A DNA stretch of 63,899 nucleotides, the filler included, from Octopus bimaculoides (lineage: Eukaryota), in the NCBI RefSeq assembly GCF_001194135.2. It is 7 parts of 7 records of this genome, joined end to end, with 100 filler letters (N's around TTAATTAATTAA, not from the genome) between each part and the next. Parts side by side here need not be neighbours in the genome. Positions count along the whole stretch, not along the records: positions 34,339 to 55,481 come from NC_069005.1; positions 55,582 to 57,487 come from NC_068998.1; positions 57,588 to 61,752 come from NC_068995.1; positions 61,853 to 63,899 come from NW_026344803.1; 3 more parts are not named here. One strand, written 5' to 3'. Positions 50,696 to 63,856 of this stretch are shown here, in pieces. The number at the start of each line of letters is the position of its first letter. Within the stretch, counting starts at the first letter, position 1. The notes beneath the pieces were generated by a model that saw nothing but the letters and a program-made list of their open reading frames with translations, had not been told where the DNA came from and did no database searches. The translations under genes were made by a program, and so were the position numbers.

Positions 50696-51012
50696 CACTA
50701 CTACTACTACACTATCCTCTATAGTGATACGCACATACAGAAAGACCACAGGAAACGCCACATTCCATATCGAATTAATTTTTAATTAAATTCAATTAAA
50801 TTCCTTCTTGCCTTACGACATCGAGTGTTGTTAGTAGCGCCCTCTTTAATATAGATTACGTCCTCATTACGAAAATCAAATCAACGTTGTCGAAACAACA
50901 CGGTTGACACTTTGTGGTGACACCAACCTGCTGGAGATAACAACGAAATTTACCTCCAATCACGTCCTTACTTTCACAGAAAAAGATACATTAGAAAATA
51001 AGTCGTTGCATA

Positions 51013-51490
51013 CGAGGGTCGCTTGAAAAGTTGATAGGCTGACCAAGATACTCACATGGAATGAAACCAAATGAGGTTTATTGGTCAACATAGTCTCTCT
51101 TGCGGTGCACACACTTCTGCTATTTGTGTTGTAATGTTTGGGTGCCGTTAATGGAGAAGCTTTCGTCTTGTTGCTCAAAAAACGTCATCGACAGCAAATA
51201 TGGTGTCATCGTCATTGCTATACTGGTTGCTAGACACGTGGATTTTCGTGCTGGGGAACAGAAGGTAGTCAGATGGGGCCAAATCAAGAGAATAAAAGGG
51301 GTGAGCAACCAGATGTAAGCCACAGTCATGCACAGCAGCCATTGAGACCAAGGACTTGTCTGCTACAGTATTGCTTTGAAGAAAGAAACCCCCTTTCGTC
51401 AGTTTTCCTGGGCGTTTGGTCATGATAACTTTTCGTAACTGCTTCAGCAAGTTGACACTCTCCATTGATGGTGCGACCCCTTTGAAGATA
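51013..51490 (-). mobile_element. Mariner transposase 3' half with right-hand TIR
   Basis: LLKQLRKVIMTKRPGKLTKGGFFLQSN..VAHPFYSLDLAPSDYLLFP..CVHRKRDYVDQ*. TIR-like cgagggtcgcttgaaaagt preceded by TA at 51011. Confidence 0.88.
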
Positions 51491-51599
51491 GTCAATAAAA
51501 AACAATGATATAAAACAAAAACAGGGGTATACAACAGACGTAACGAACCATACTCATTTTGGTTAAACTGAAACAGGTTTCTAAAATTTTTAGAATCCC

Positions 51600-51659
<60 letters not shown>

Positions 51660-52876
51660 TGTATAAATATACGACGGGCTTCTTTCAGTTTCCGTCTCTG
51701 ATCTCCACTCACAAGGCTATATTAAAAGATACTTGTTCAAGGACTGAACCCAGAATCATGTGGTTGAGAAGCAATCTTCTTACCACACATATATACATAT
51801 ATACACNNNNNNNNNNNNNNNNNNNNNNNNNNNNNNNNNNNNNNNNNNNNNNNNNNNNNNNNNNNNNNNNNNNNNNNNNNNNNNNNNNNNNNNNNNNNNN
51901 NNNNNNNNNNNNNNNNNNNNNNNNNNNNNNNNNNNNNNNNNNNNNNNNNNNNNNNNNNNNNNNNNNNNNNNNNNNNNNNNNNNNNNNNNNNNNNNNNNNN
52001 NNNNNNNNNNNNNNNNNNNNNNNNNNNNNNNNNNNNNNNNNNNNNNNNNNNNNNNNNNNNNNNNNNNNNNNNNNNNNNNNNNNNNNNNNNNNNNNNNNNN
52101 NNNNNNNNNNNNNNNNNNNNNNNNNNNNNNNNNNNNNNNNNNNNNNNNNNNNNNNNNNNNNNNNNNNNNNNNNNNNNNNNNNNNNNNNNNNNNNNNNNNN
52201 NNNNNNNNNNNNNNNNNNNNNNNNNNNNNNNNNNNNNNNNNNNNNNNNNNNNNNNNNNNNNNNNNNNNNNNNNNNNNNNNNNNNNNNNNNNNNNNNNNNN
52301 NNNNNNNNNNNNNNNNNNNNNNNNNNNNNNNNNNNNNNNNNNNNNNNNNNNNNNNNNNNNNNNNNNNNNNNNNNNNNNNNNNNNNNNNNNNNNNNNNNNN
52401 NNNNNNNNNNNNNNNNNNNNNNNNNNNNNNNNNNNNNNNNNNNNNNNNNNNNNNNNNNNNNNNNNNNNNNNNNNNNNNNNNNNNNNNNNNNNNNNNNNNN
52501 NNNNNNNNNNNNNNNNNNNNNNNNNNNNNNNNNNNNNNNNNNNNNNNNNNNNNNNNNNNNNNNNNNNNNNNNNNNNNNNNNNNNNNNNNNNNNNNNNNNN
52601 NNNNNNNNNNNNNNNNNNNNNNNNNNNNNNNNNNNNNNNNNNNNNNNNNNNNNNNNNNNNNNNNNNNNNNNNNNNNNNNNNNNNNNNNNNNNNNNNNNNN
52701 NNNNNNTATATATATATATACGTATGTATATATATACATACATATGTATGTGCATATGAATTAGTTGTCAGGTGGTATAGATTCAGCAATAAGTACACGA
52801 GTACGAGATATATCTCTCTATTTGTCTGTATGGTTCCTGCCTGTCTTTCTGTCTGTCTGTCTGTCTATCTATCTAA

Positions 52877-52907
<31 letters not shown>

Positions 52908-52910
52908 GCC

Positions 52911-52970
<60 letters not shown>

Positions 52971-52979
52971 CTCTATCTA

Positions 52980-53572
52980 CAGGGTGTTCAAAAAGTCTCT
53001 CCGCAGTGAAGTTTTGGAAGACACCGAGAGACATTGTTCAAATATTGTCTCTCTCCATTTGTAAGACCAACTCACTGGAAGTGAAATAAATAATGCATAC
53101 TTTCAGCAAAATGGAACTACAGCACATACTTCGCGCATCACCATGGCGCTACTTCAAGAGTTTTGCGGTGAACGGATTATTTGGAAGGGACTTTGGCCAC
53201 CAAGATCACCTGATTTAACACCGCCAGACATTGTTTTTTTTTTTTCTGGGAAACAAGTAAAGGATCAGTGTACAAGAATCGCCCGAAAACCATTTTTGAA
53301 CTAAATGACGCAATCATAACCTTCACACGGTCCATACCGCGTCAGACTCTCCAAGATGCATCAGACTCTCCAAGATGCATCAGACTCTCCAAGATGTATT
53401 TCAAAATATTTTGTAAAAGAGTCAACTTATGTCAAAAATGAAGGACGACACTTTCAACGCCTCTTATAAAGTTCTTGTAAAGTCTAATAAATTCTTTTGT
53501 AGTCTTCTGCCATCTTATAAATATTTATTTTGCAATAAAATACTGACTGCGGAGGGACTTTTGGAACACCTT

Positions 53573-53573
<1 letters not shown>
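52980..53573 (+). mobile_element. Internally deleted Tc1/mariner-superfamily element (WPPRSPDL type)
   Basis: TIRs cagggtgttcaaaaagtctctccgcagt / actgcggagggacttttggaacacctta with TA flanks. Remnant FQQNGTTAHT..ERIIWKGLWPPRSPDLTPPD..GSVYKNRPKT..GRHFQRLL*. Confidence 0.9.
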
Positions 53574-53606
<33 letters not shown>

Positions 53607-54765
53607 GAGGGAGAGAGAAAGAAAGAGAGCGAGAGTGAGATGAGATAATTAGCTAGTTAATTAGCAGGTNNNNNNNNNNNNNNNNNNNNNNNNNNNNNNN
53701 NNNNNNNNNNNNNNNNNNNNNNNNNNNNNNNNNNNNNNNNNNNNNNNNNNNNNNNNNNNNNNNNNNNNNNNNNNNNNNNNNNNNNNNNNNNNNNNNNNNN
53801 NNNNNNNNNNNNNNNNNNNNNNNNNNNNNNNNNNNNNNNNNNNNNNNNNNNNNNNNNNNNNNNNNNNNNNNNNNNNNNNNNNNNNNNNNNNNNNNNNNNN
53901 NNNNNNNNNNNNNNNNNNNNNNNNNNNNNNNNNNNNNNNNNNNNNNNNNNNNNNNNNNNNNNNNNNNNNNNNNNNNNNNNNNNNNNNNNNNNNNNNNNNN
54001 NNNNNNNNNNNNNNNNNNNNNNNNNNNNNNNNNNNNNNNNNNNNNNNNNNNNNNNNNNNNNNNNNNNNNNNNNNNNNNNNNNNNNNNNNNNNNNNNNNNN
54101 NNNNNNNNNNNNNNNNNNNNNNNNNNNNNNNNNNNNNNNNNNNNNNNNNNNNNNNNNNNNNNNNNNNNNNNNNNNNNNNNNNNNNNNNNNNNNNNNNNNN
54201 NNNNNNNNNNNNNNNNNNNNNNNNNNNNNNNNNNNNNNNNNNNNNNNNNNNNNNNNNNNNNNNNNNNNNNNNNNNNNNNNNNNNNNNNNNNNNNNNNNNN
54301 NNNNNNNNNNNNNNNNNNNNNNNNNNNNNNNNNNNNNNNNNNNNNNNNNNNNNNNNNNNNNNNNNNNNNNNNNNNNNNNNNNNNNNNNNNNNNNNNNNNN
54401 NNNNNNNNNNNNNNNNNNNNNNNNNNNNNNNNNNNNNNNNNNNNNNNNNNNNNNNNNNNNNNNNNNNNNNNNNNNNNNNNNNNNNNNNNNNNNNNNNNNN
54501 NNNNNNNNNNNNNNNNNNNNNNNNNNNNNNNNNNNNNNNNNNNNNNNNNNNNNNNNNNNNNNNNNNNNNNNNNNNNNNNNNNNNNNNNNNNNNNNNNNNN
54601 NNNNNNNNNNNNNNNNNNNNNNNNNNNNNNNNNNNNNNCTTATGTTCGTTTTATTCATTTATTCATATATTTTATTATTTATTTATTTTTATTATTTATT
54701 TATTTAAACATTTATTATTTATTACATATAGATAGATAGATACACAGACAGGCCGACAGACGGAC

Positions 54766-54830
<65 letters not shown>

Positions 54831-54971
54831 GGCAGGGGGAGGGAGAAAGGGAGGGAGGGAGAAAAGAAGGGAGGGAGATAGATAGATAAGTAGATAGATA
54901 GATAGATAGATAGGTAGACAGGCAGACAGACAGAGTGGTAGCTAGCTAGCTAGATAGACAGACAGGCAGAC

Positions 54972-55036
<65 letters not shown>

Positions 55037-55581
55037 TCGAGAAAGACAGATAGATATTGTTTATTATATTCGAAGTCAAGTTTTCCTGGTTTTCACGTGA
55101 TGCGAACCTGAATCGCTAAGTATAAATTCAGGCAAACAACGCTTCGGATAAATAAATAGATAAATAAATAAATAAATAAATGAATAAATAAATAAATGAA
55201 TAAATAAATAAATAGTTTATGCTATCATTCCTATATTCTGCTCTGCCTAATAGTACTGGGTGTATTTTGCGCTTAATTGTTTCGCGGGATTATATAAGTA
55301 CCACCTATGATTACATGCATGTGTGTGCGCGCGCGTGTATACTTATGCACGCATATAAGGTTATACAAATAAATTATGCTTAATATGTTAACATATTCAT
55401 GTTTGTGTGTGCGTGTGTGTATGTGTATCTACATACGTATGCATATATAATGTACATCTTTGTGTATATATATATATATATNNNNNNNNNNNNNNNNNNN
55501 NNNNNNNNNNNNNNNNNNNNNNNNNTTAATTAATTAANNNNNNNNNNNNNNNNNNNNNNNNNNNNNNNNNNNNNNNNNNNN

Positions 55582-55626
<45 letters not shown>

Positions 55627-56100
55627 CGGTGGTGGTGATTTTGGTAGTAGTAGTAATAGTAGTAGTAGTAGTAGTAATAGTAGTAGTAGTAGTAGTAGTA
55701 ATAGTAGTAGTAGTAGTAGTAGTAATATTAGTAGTAGTGGTAGTGGTAGTAGTAGTAGTAGTAATATTAGTAGTGGTGGTAGTGGTAGTAGTAGTAGTAT
55801 TAGTAGCGGTGATTTTGGTAGTAGTAGTAGTAGTAGTAGTGATGGTGGTGATTTTGGTGGTAGTAGTATTAGTAGTATTGTCGGTGGTGGTGGTTTTAGT
55901 AGTAGTAATAGCAGTGGTGGTGGTTTTAGTAGTAGTAGTAGTAGTAGTAGCGGTGGTGGTGGTGGTAGTGGTAGTTTTAGTGGTAGTAGTGGTGGTTTTA
56001 GTAGTAGTGGCAGTGGTGGTGGTTGTAGTAATAGTAGTGGTGGTGGTGGTTTTAGTAGTAGTAGTCATGGCGATGGTGGCAGTGATTATAGTAGTAGTAG
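55582..56100 (+). repeat. (TAG)n/(GGT)n compound microsatellite
   Basis: Directly visible; source of the poly-T/poly-V pseudo-ORFs. Confidence 0.95.
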
Positions 56101-56458
56101 TCGTTCATTATTTAGTTCCAGTGTTTTAGAATGGCAATACTAATTGAAATATGAGAAGATGGAGCGACTGTAGAATGTCTATTTTAATGGATAATGAACC
56201 AAAGACATCTTNNNNNNNNNNNNNNNNNNNNNNNNNNNNNNNNNNNNNNNNNNNNNNNNNNNNNNNNNNNNNNNNNNNNNNNNNNNNNNNNNNNNNNNNN
56301 NNNNNNNNNNNNNNNNNNNNNNNNNNNNNNNNNNNNNNNNNNNNNNNNNNNNNNNNNNNNNNNNNNNNNNNNNNNNNNNNNNNNNNNNNNNNNNNNNNNN
56401 NNNNNNNNNNNNNNNNNNNNNNNNNNNNNNNNNNNNNNNNNNNNNNNNNNNNNNNNNN

Positions 56459-56489
<31 letters not shown>

Positions 56490-56654
56490 ATATGTGTGTG
56501 TGTAGGTGTATATGTCTTTTGTCTTTTACTTGTTTCAATCATTGGACTGCAGCCATGCTGGGGAACTGACTTTGAGAGTTTTTGATTGAATAAATGAATG
56601 CCAGTACCTATTTTTCCTAAGTCACATACTTACTTTATCGATTTCACTTGCTGA

Positions 56655-57315
56655 ACCACTATGCTGCCATAATCCTTGTCTTCAGTTCATCTTTGACACT
56701 ACAAAGAGTTTTGTTGGTCACTCACTCAACTGCACCCCACACATAATAATCAAGAGGGGTTGCAGTTTGGGGAGTTAGGTTGTTGGATGTTAGGGGGTGA
56801 TGTCACAGAAATCGTCTGACACCCATAACTGGGTTCTCCTGCTTGTGTGACATGGTACAGAGTTCTGTTGCCAGACTTAGCGTCTTCCAGTAACTACCCT
56901 CTTGACCCAGGGCAGCACTACCTCCTCCAGGTACTTGATGTAGGCCTCCGTGTTGAGTGTGAGGCTGTGTGGGAAGATGAATGGAGGCATAACGTCGCCA
57001 TCACTAGTGATCAGTCCAAACACCATGATGTTGACTGGAAGTTTGATTTTTGTCATTCTCGGTACATGTCCTCACATTGCATTGTCCTCAAATTGACAGC
57101 CAAACACTCTGAAATGTTCATATTGGAGCCTCTGGCACGAATGCCAAGCAGTACAGCATGACGTTTCTAAATTTCTGGCAGAGTGAATTGTGTTTTTCTT
57201 ACAGACAGTGCCCAACTGATCCTACTATACTGTGTAGTCAACAAAATCAGAAACAAGCAATGCACATGAGGGAAATTAAAATTATAAAATGTTGACAATT
57301 TACCCATTCACCCTG
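56655..57315 (-). mobile_element. Internally deleted Tc1/mariner-superfamily element
   Basis: Minus strand KRHAVLLGIRARGSNMNISECL..; PVNIMVFGLITSDGDVMPPFIFPH..EAYIKYLEEVVLPWVKRV..VWQQNSVPCH..PLDYYVWGAVE. Terminal cagggtgaatgggtaaa with TA flank at 57316. Confidence 0.88.
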
Positions 57316-57361
57316 TATATATATATATACATATACATACATACATATGCTATTCTTATAT

Positions 57362-57399
<38 letters not shown>

Positions 57400-57729
57400 T
57401 TATTCATTCATTCTATTATTGGTTTCAGTCAAAGGTTGTGTCCATGATTGGGCACTAATGTTTTCTTATTTTAGACACCACTCATGTNNNNNNNNNNNNN
57501 NNNNNNNNNNNNNNNNNNNNNNNNNNNNNNNTTAATTAATTAANNNNNNNNNNNNNNNNNNNNNNNNNNNNNNNNNNNNNNNNNNNNGTGTGTGTGTGTG
57601 TGTGGTGGGTGTCTATGGGCGTAACAGCAAGCCCCCACCGCCCTATACACCCCTTGTATTTGTTGTCGTTCGGGTAATTTTCTTAACAACAGCAACAACA
57701 ACAATTGCGTCGGCATAAAAGGAAGAGGA

Positions 57730-58191
57730 GTTGTTGGTGGTGGCGGTGGTAATGATGTGGTTGCTGATAGTGGTGGTGGTGGTGGTGGTGGTGTTGGTGG
57801 TGATGCCGATTATAAGGGCAGGGATGGTGGTGATGGTGATGGTGATGGTAGTGATGACGCTGGTAGAGGAGGTGATCGTGAGGATGGTGAAGATGGTGGT
57901 GGTGTCGACGGTAATAATGTCTGGCGACGGCGATAATGGTGGTGATGCTGGCGGTGGTGGTGATAGTGCCAACGTAGGTGGTAGTGGTGGTGGGTGTCAG
58001 CTACGGTTGTAGTGGTTTTGGTGGTGGTGGTGGTGGCACTAATAGAAGTGATGGTGTTTATGATGGCAGTGGTGGTGGTGGTGGTGGTAGGGAAATGATA
58101 ATGACACAACTACGACGACGACGACGGCGACGATGACGATGATTATGATGATGATTATGATGATGATGATGATGATGATGATGACGACGAC

Positions 58192-58226
<35 letters not shown>

Positions 58227-58242
58227 CGATGATGATGATGAC

Positions 58243-58299
<57 letters not shown>

Positions 58300-58302
58300 G
58301 AC

Positions 58303-58340
<38 letters not shown>

Positions 58341-58341
58341 C

Positions 58342-58382
<41 letters not shown>

Positions 58383-58664
58383 CCATGGTAGTGGTGCCGG
58401 TGATAATGATTATGGCGGTGTTGAGATGTTGATTATGATGATGACGATGTCGATGATGATGATGATGATGGTGATGGTGGTGGTGATGGTGGTGGTGGTG
58501 GTGGTGGTAACGACGACGACAACAACGATGATGATAATGGTGATGATGATGGTGAGGATGACAATGGTAGTGGTGGTGGTGGTGGTGGTGATAATGGTGA
58601 TTGTGGTGTTGGTGGTGGTGACGGGGATAATTGTAATGGCGGCGTTGAAAGAGATGATGATGAC

Positions 58665-58699
<35 letters not shown>

Positions 58700-58740
58700 C
58701 GACGACGACGACGACGACGTGGTGATGACAATAAATGAAT
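57730..58740 (+). repeat. (GGT)n/(GAT)n compound microsatellite
   Basis: Directly visible; source of the poly-M/D/H pseudo-ORFs. Confidence 0.95.
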
Positions 58741-60394
58741 AACAACAAGAATAACAATACAAACAGTAACGACGCTGCTAATAATAGAACGGTGACCTTT
58801 CTGTTGACCCATCTACCCGTACGACCTTACAACTCTCGAAGCCCCCTACCCGGACACCCCTCTACTTATTGACACAATGATATAGTGGGTGGAGCCACTT
58901 GGCTTAATCGGCCACAAATCACTAGTTTTCAGACAATTAGACTTCTACTTCATACCCGGGCAGAATTAACACCCGCTTTATTTCATTTTACTTTATTTCA
59001 TTTTATTTAAGTATTTAAGGTGAGCAGATTCATTAAAGTAGACGACAGTTGTTCTCTCTCTCCTTTCCTCCCCCCTCTCTCTCTCCTTTCCTCCCCCCTC
59101 TCTCTCCTTTCCTCCCCCCTCTCACTCTCACACACACACATACTTTCTCCGCCTGTCTCTTCTCTTCGCAGCCCAGTGAAATTGCTGTTTATTCTGTCTT
59201 ATGAAAGGTTTGTTCACCTTTTAAACTGTCCCTCTTTTAAACTGCAATATTTACTAATTTTTCTCCTTTCTTCTTTTTAGTCGCACATGTCCTCCCCTTT
59301 TCACTGTCCCCTAGTTTGGAAGTTAAGCCTGTTTAGCTGTTGGCAAAATTGTTCTTCAATGCCCAATGCCTTCTTTAACAATTCATGCTGTTTATTTTTA
59401 ATGTCCCCTCTTATCTGTCCCCATTCTGTTGTTATTCCTTTTTACAAAGTGTCTTTTTATTTCCATTTGTCCACTTCACCTGTTTCCGTGCCTTTAGATG
59501 TCTGTCTCCTTTAAACCCGTCTCATTATTCCCCCACCACTTCTTAAATGTTTCCACAAGCACTTCTTTATTTTTCCCATGTGACTTCCAGAATAATTTTT
59601 CTAAACATGATTTATCAACCATTTTCATTATATGCTATAGCATTCGCAGAAAGGTTAACGCATTGGACAAAATAGCTTAGTTGCATTTCTTCTGTTTCTG
59701 TATGCTCTGAGCTCAAATTCTGTTAAGGATAACTTTGTCTTTCATCCTTCCGGGTTTTATTAAAATAAGGTACTATTTTAATACTGGATTCAATTACTCT
59801 TACTCGTACAATTCTCATCTATCTGATGTGAAATATATTCAACTGATTTTTGATTATCAGTAAAGAGGATGGAGCTTGTTCATTCTTATTAATGACATTG
59901 CCCCGGTATGACCACAGCATCTGGTAGGAAGAAGCAGATGTAAAAAAAAGAAATCTCATAAATCGCTCTGAATTATGCATTCTACCACCCTTATTGAGTA
60001 CGCTATCGTTCGTTCTCTATATAAATACCAACACTTAAATTGGTACTACCTTTGTCGATCTTTGTTCAACGAATGGTTGAATAAATCTAATGAAGAACAT
60101 ACACAAACATAATATGTGATGAAGGGACAATAGCAATTAAATATATGCAACATATGTTACAATAGCAAGGTGTTTTATTCATAATTCATGCATTACGTCA
60201 CACAAAAACGCATCCGATGGGTATCATGTCATGATATAATAGAATAAGCTGCAATTGAAATTGATTAAGCAATTAATTTATGAATGTTACTACAGTGTAA
60301 ACTGCTTTTCAATTACATACTAGAAGCTACCGAGTTAATAACCACGATCCAAATCATTTGATATGTATGTCTGTGTGTACATATACATACATTC

Positions 60395-60434
<40 letters not shown>

Positions 60435-60765
60435 NNNNNNNNNNNNNNNNNNNNNNNNNNNNNNNNNNNNNNNNNNNNNNNNNNNNNNNNNNNNNNNNNN
60501 NNNNNNNNNNNNNNNNNNNNNNNNNNNNNNNNNNNNNNNNNNNNNNNNNNNNNNNNNNNNNNNNNNNNNNNNNNNNNNNNNNNNNNNNNNNNNNNNNNNN
60601 NNNNNNNNNNNNNNNNNNNNNNNNNNNNNNNNNNNNNNNNNNNNNNNNNNNNNNNNNNNNNNNNNNNNNNNNNNNNATATATGGTACACAAGCGCGCAAG
60701 TTTACCGTAACTCTTAACAACCACCTTTACGTTACCCCATGAGGTTCTATGTGGTTCGAAAACAG

Positions 60766-60767
60766 CA

Positions 60768-60816
<49 letters not shown>

Positions 60817-60882
60817 GTCATCTTCTTCTTCTTCTTCTTCTTCTTCTTCTCCTCCTCCTCCTCCTCCTCCTCCTCCTCCTCA
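60766..60882 (+). repeat. (CAT)n(CTT)n(CCT)n compound microsatellite about 37 nt upstream of the Rx acceptor
   Basis: Directly visible. Confidence 0.95.
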
Positions 60883-60919
60883 TCCCAATCACTATATCCG
60901 TGTCAATCTTGCATTTCAG

Positions 60920-61399
60920 GTTTGGTTCCAGAACCGACGAGCAAAATGGCGCCGCCAGGAGAAACTGGAGAACAACACCCTGAAGTTATCCGATGCTCCC
61001 GCCACTGCTCCTATGCCGATGCATTTTCTTGGCCCCGCTGCCATCATGTCTCCTTCATCCTCAGCTACCGCTTACAGAGCTGGACTTTTCCCGCTAGAAA
61101 CATGGTTATCTCTTCCGCTCAGTTCGGCCGATTCAGCAAGATTCTTGTCCACTATACCGTCCTTGTTTGCCGCTCAAGCTCAGCTCCAGTCACACATTCA
61201 AGGCCCTTTGCCCGCTCTGGCCCCTTCGTCTTCATTTGTCACACCGGCCCTACGACCGTGTTTCCCAGCTTGCCGCGCGAGTGATGCCCTCATGTCATCG
61301 ATATACCAAGACACAGAACAGGATTCCAGGCAGTCGAGTATTGCAGTTCTCCGTATGAAGGCTAAGGAATATAATGAAAGCTTAGAGAAGAACTCGTGA
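60920..61399 (+). CDS. Rx: Terminal coding exon of retinal homeobox Rx/Rax (homeodomain helix 3, Rx-domain-like segment, OAR domain)
   Basis: Acceptor cttgcatttcag|GTT in phase 0 at the conserved Q|VWFQN intron of PRD-class genes. VWFQNRRAKWRRQEKLE is Rx-type (Arx/Vsx have WRKREK, Otp WKKRKK). KLENNTLKLSDAP and FPLETWL echo vertebrate KLEVSSMKLQDSP and LPLESWL. C-terminal OAR RQSSIAVLRMKAKEY (61328-61372). Stop TGA at 61397-61399. Confidence 0.9.
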   Translation, partial: VWFQNRRAKWRRQEKLENNTLKLSDAPATAPMPMHFLGPAAIMSPSSSATAYRAGLFPLETWLSLPLSSADSARFLSTIPSLFAAQAQLQSHIQGPLPALAPSSSFVTPALRPCFPACRASDALMSSIYQDTEQDSRQSSIAVLRMKAKEYNESLEKNS

Positions 61400-62957
61400 T
61401 GTCGTCAACAAGCGTCGATTGTCTGACGCCATATTGCTTAAGAAGTAAAATAGATTAGCGCTAATTTGCTAAGACAGACGCATGCGCGTACACACGCACA
61501 CACGCGAGCGAGCGCTTGTACACATATACAAATACACACTCACTCACACACATACATGCACACACACACATACATGCACACACACACACACACACACACG
61601 CACGCGTGCGCAAATACAAATAAACACTCCCACACAAGCTCATACACATACACACACACATTTATATATATGTGCACACACATACTTATATATACTGACA
61701 TACACATATAAGTACATGTATACAGTGTATATATACATATGCATGTATATATNNNNNNNNNNNNNNNNNNNNNNNNNNNNNNNNNNNNNNNNNNNNTTAA
61801 TTAATTAANNNNNNNNNNNNNNNNNNNNNNNNNNNNNNNNNNNNNNNNNNNNCTTGTTTGTGCCCTCTATGTTTAGCCCCTTGTGGGCAATAAAGAAATA
61901 AATATAAGCCTGTTGCTTTTATCGTTCGTTTTTTGCCCGACTGCTAATCAATGACGGGGACGTAAACATACCAACACCGGTTGTAAAGCAGTGGTGGGTG
62001 ACAAGACTTCCATAACTCACATCCTTCCATCTGGATACACAGTTTGAATGAACAATGATGGTTTGGTTACGGATGGAGCGCCATCGATCGGAGCTGACCC
62101 CGTAATTGAACTACAACATAAACAAGCACCAAATATCTACTGCGTCTTCAACACCGCACCACCAGGGCTATCAGCAGCAGCAGCACCACCACCACAACTA
62201 CCTCCCCCAGCACTACCCCGGCACCAATATTATCACCAGCTCCAGCAGCAGCAGCACAACCACCACCATCATGATGATGACCACCATCAAAAATCACTAC
62301 CGCCGCCGCCGCCACCACCACCACNNNNNNNNNNNNNNNNNNNNNNNNNNNNNNNNNNNNNNNNNNNNNNNNNNNNNNNNNNNNNNNNNNNNNNNNNNNN
62401 NNNNNNNNNNNNNNNNNNNNNNNNNNNNNNNNNNNNNNNNNNNNNNNNNNNNNNNNNNNNNNNNNNNNNNNNNNNNNNNNNNNNNNNNNNNNNNNNNNNN
62501 NNNNNNNNNNNNNNNNNNNNNNNNNNNNNNNNNNNNNNNNNNNNNNNNNNNNNNNNNNNNNNNNNNNNNNNNNNNNNNNNNNNNNNNNNNNNNNNNNNNN
62601 NNNNNNNNNNNNNNNNNNNNNNNNNNNNNNNNNNNNNNNNNNNNNNNNNNNNNNNNNNNNNNNNNNNNNNNNNNNNNNNNNNNNNNNNNNNNNNNNNNNN
62701 NNNNNNNNNNNNNNNNNNNNNNNNNNNNNNNNNNNNNNNNNNNNNNNNNNNNNNNNNNNNNNNNNNNNNNNNNNNNNNNNNNNNNNNNNNNNNNNNNNNN
62801 NNNNNNNNNNNNNNNNNNNNNNNNNNNNNNNNNNNNNNNNNNNNNNNNNNNNNNNNNNNNNNNNNNNNNNNNNNNNNNNNNNNNNNNNNNNNNNNNNNNN
62901 NNNNNNNNNNNNNNNNNNNNNNNNNNNNNNNNNNNNNNNNNNNNNNNNNNNNNNNNN

Positions 62958-62997
<40 letters not shown>

Positions 62998-63090
62998 GTA
63001 TATATATATGTGTATATATGTATATATATATATATACATATATTTATATATGCGTATGTGTGAATATATGTAAATATATATACATGAGTA

Positions 63091-63165
<75 letters not shown>

Positions 63166-63204
63166 GCACACACACACACATATAGCGTGACATAGAATTT
63201 CACT

Positions 63205-63372
63205 TAGCTGGCCCTTTGAATTACAGGTACAGCTCAATTTTTGCCAGCTGGGTGGACTGGAGCAACGTGAAATAAAGTGTCTTGCTCAAGCACACAACGC
63301 GTCGCCGGGAATTGAACTCACGGCCTTACGATCGTGAGGCGAATATCCCAATCACTAAATCACGCGCTCTTC
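63205..63372 (-). mobile_element. tRNA-derived SINE family C (5' part)
   Basis: Reverse complement gcgcgtgatttagtgattgggatattcgcctcacgatcgtaaggccgtgagttcaattcccggcg (A/B boxes), followed by gagcaagacactttatttcacgttgctccagtccac. Confidence 0.8.
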
Positions 63373-63856
63373 GCCGAGATGAAACTCTGATAACACAAGA
63401 TCCTTATTCTACATAATCGAAATTTACTGACTGCTCATCAACAAATCTTGGGAATTCCTTCTAAAGCAGATATATAAATTCTTAGCAAATCTATATTACC
63501 CCAAGTTTAAAAATACAGCATTCCCATATCAAACTTAAAACTCGTCCATCCCTTAAAACATGAAAACATTTCATACCAAGTATATTTCCAAATAAGTAAT
63601 AATTTGCGACTGACACACCAACGCTCCCCATGAACGAATCAGTGAACAACGACTAACGTTTACTTCCCCCAAAAATTCATTTATACGGAGAAAGAGGAAA
63701 TATTTGAAACATAAACATCGCTGAAAGTAATTATCAGCAGTTAACTAGTGAACAGCTGATGAAGTGCTAAATATACTATCTATTTATCTATCTATCTGTC
63801 TGTCTGTCTGTCTATCTATGTCTCTCTCTGTCTCACTGTCTCTTTCTTTTTTCTCC

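Noticed and set aside
60749-60763. MWFEN resembling a duplicated VWFQN helix-3 exon start
   Set aside because: Five-residue similarity followed immediately by microsatellite; compatible with chance.
60920-61399. Alternative identities for this exon (Arx/aristaless, homeobrain, Otp, Vsx)
   Set aside because: WRRQEKLE and the downstream LPL..WL-like motif fit Rx. Those genes have different post-helix residues, and Vsx would show a CVC domain here.
61885-61905. AATAAA as the Rx polyadenylation signal
   Set aside because: It lies in a SINE-like 3' tail beyond an artificial contig join, so its link to the Rx 3'UTR is unsupported.
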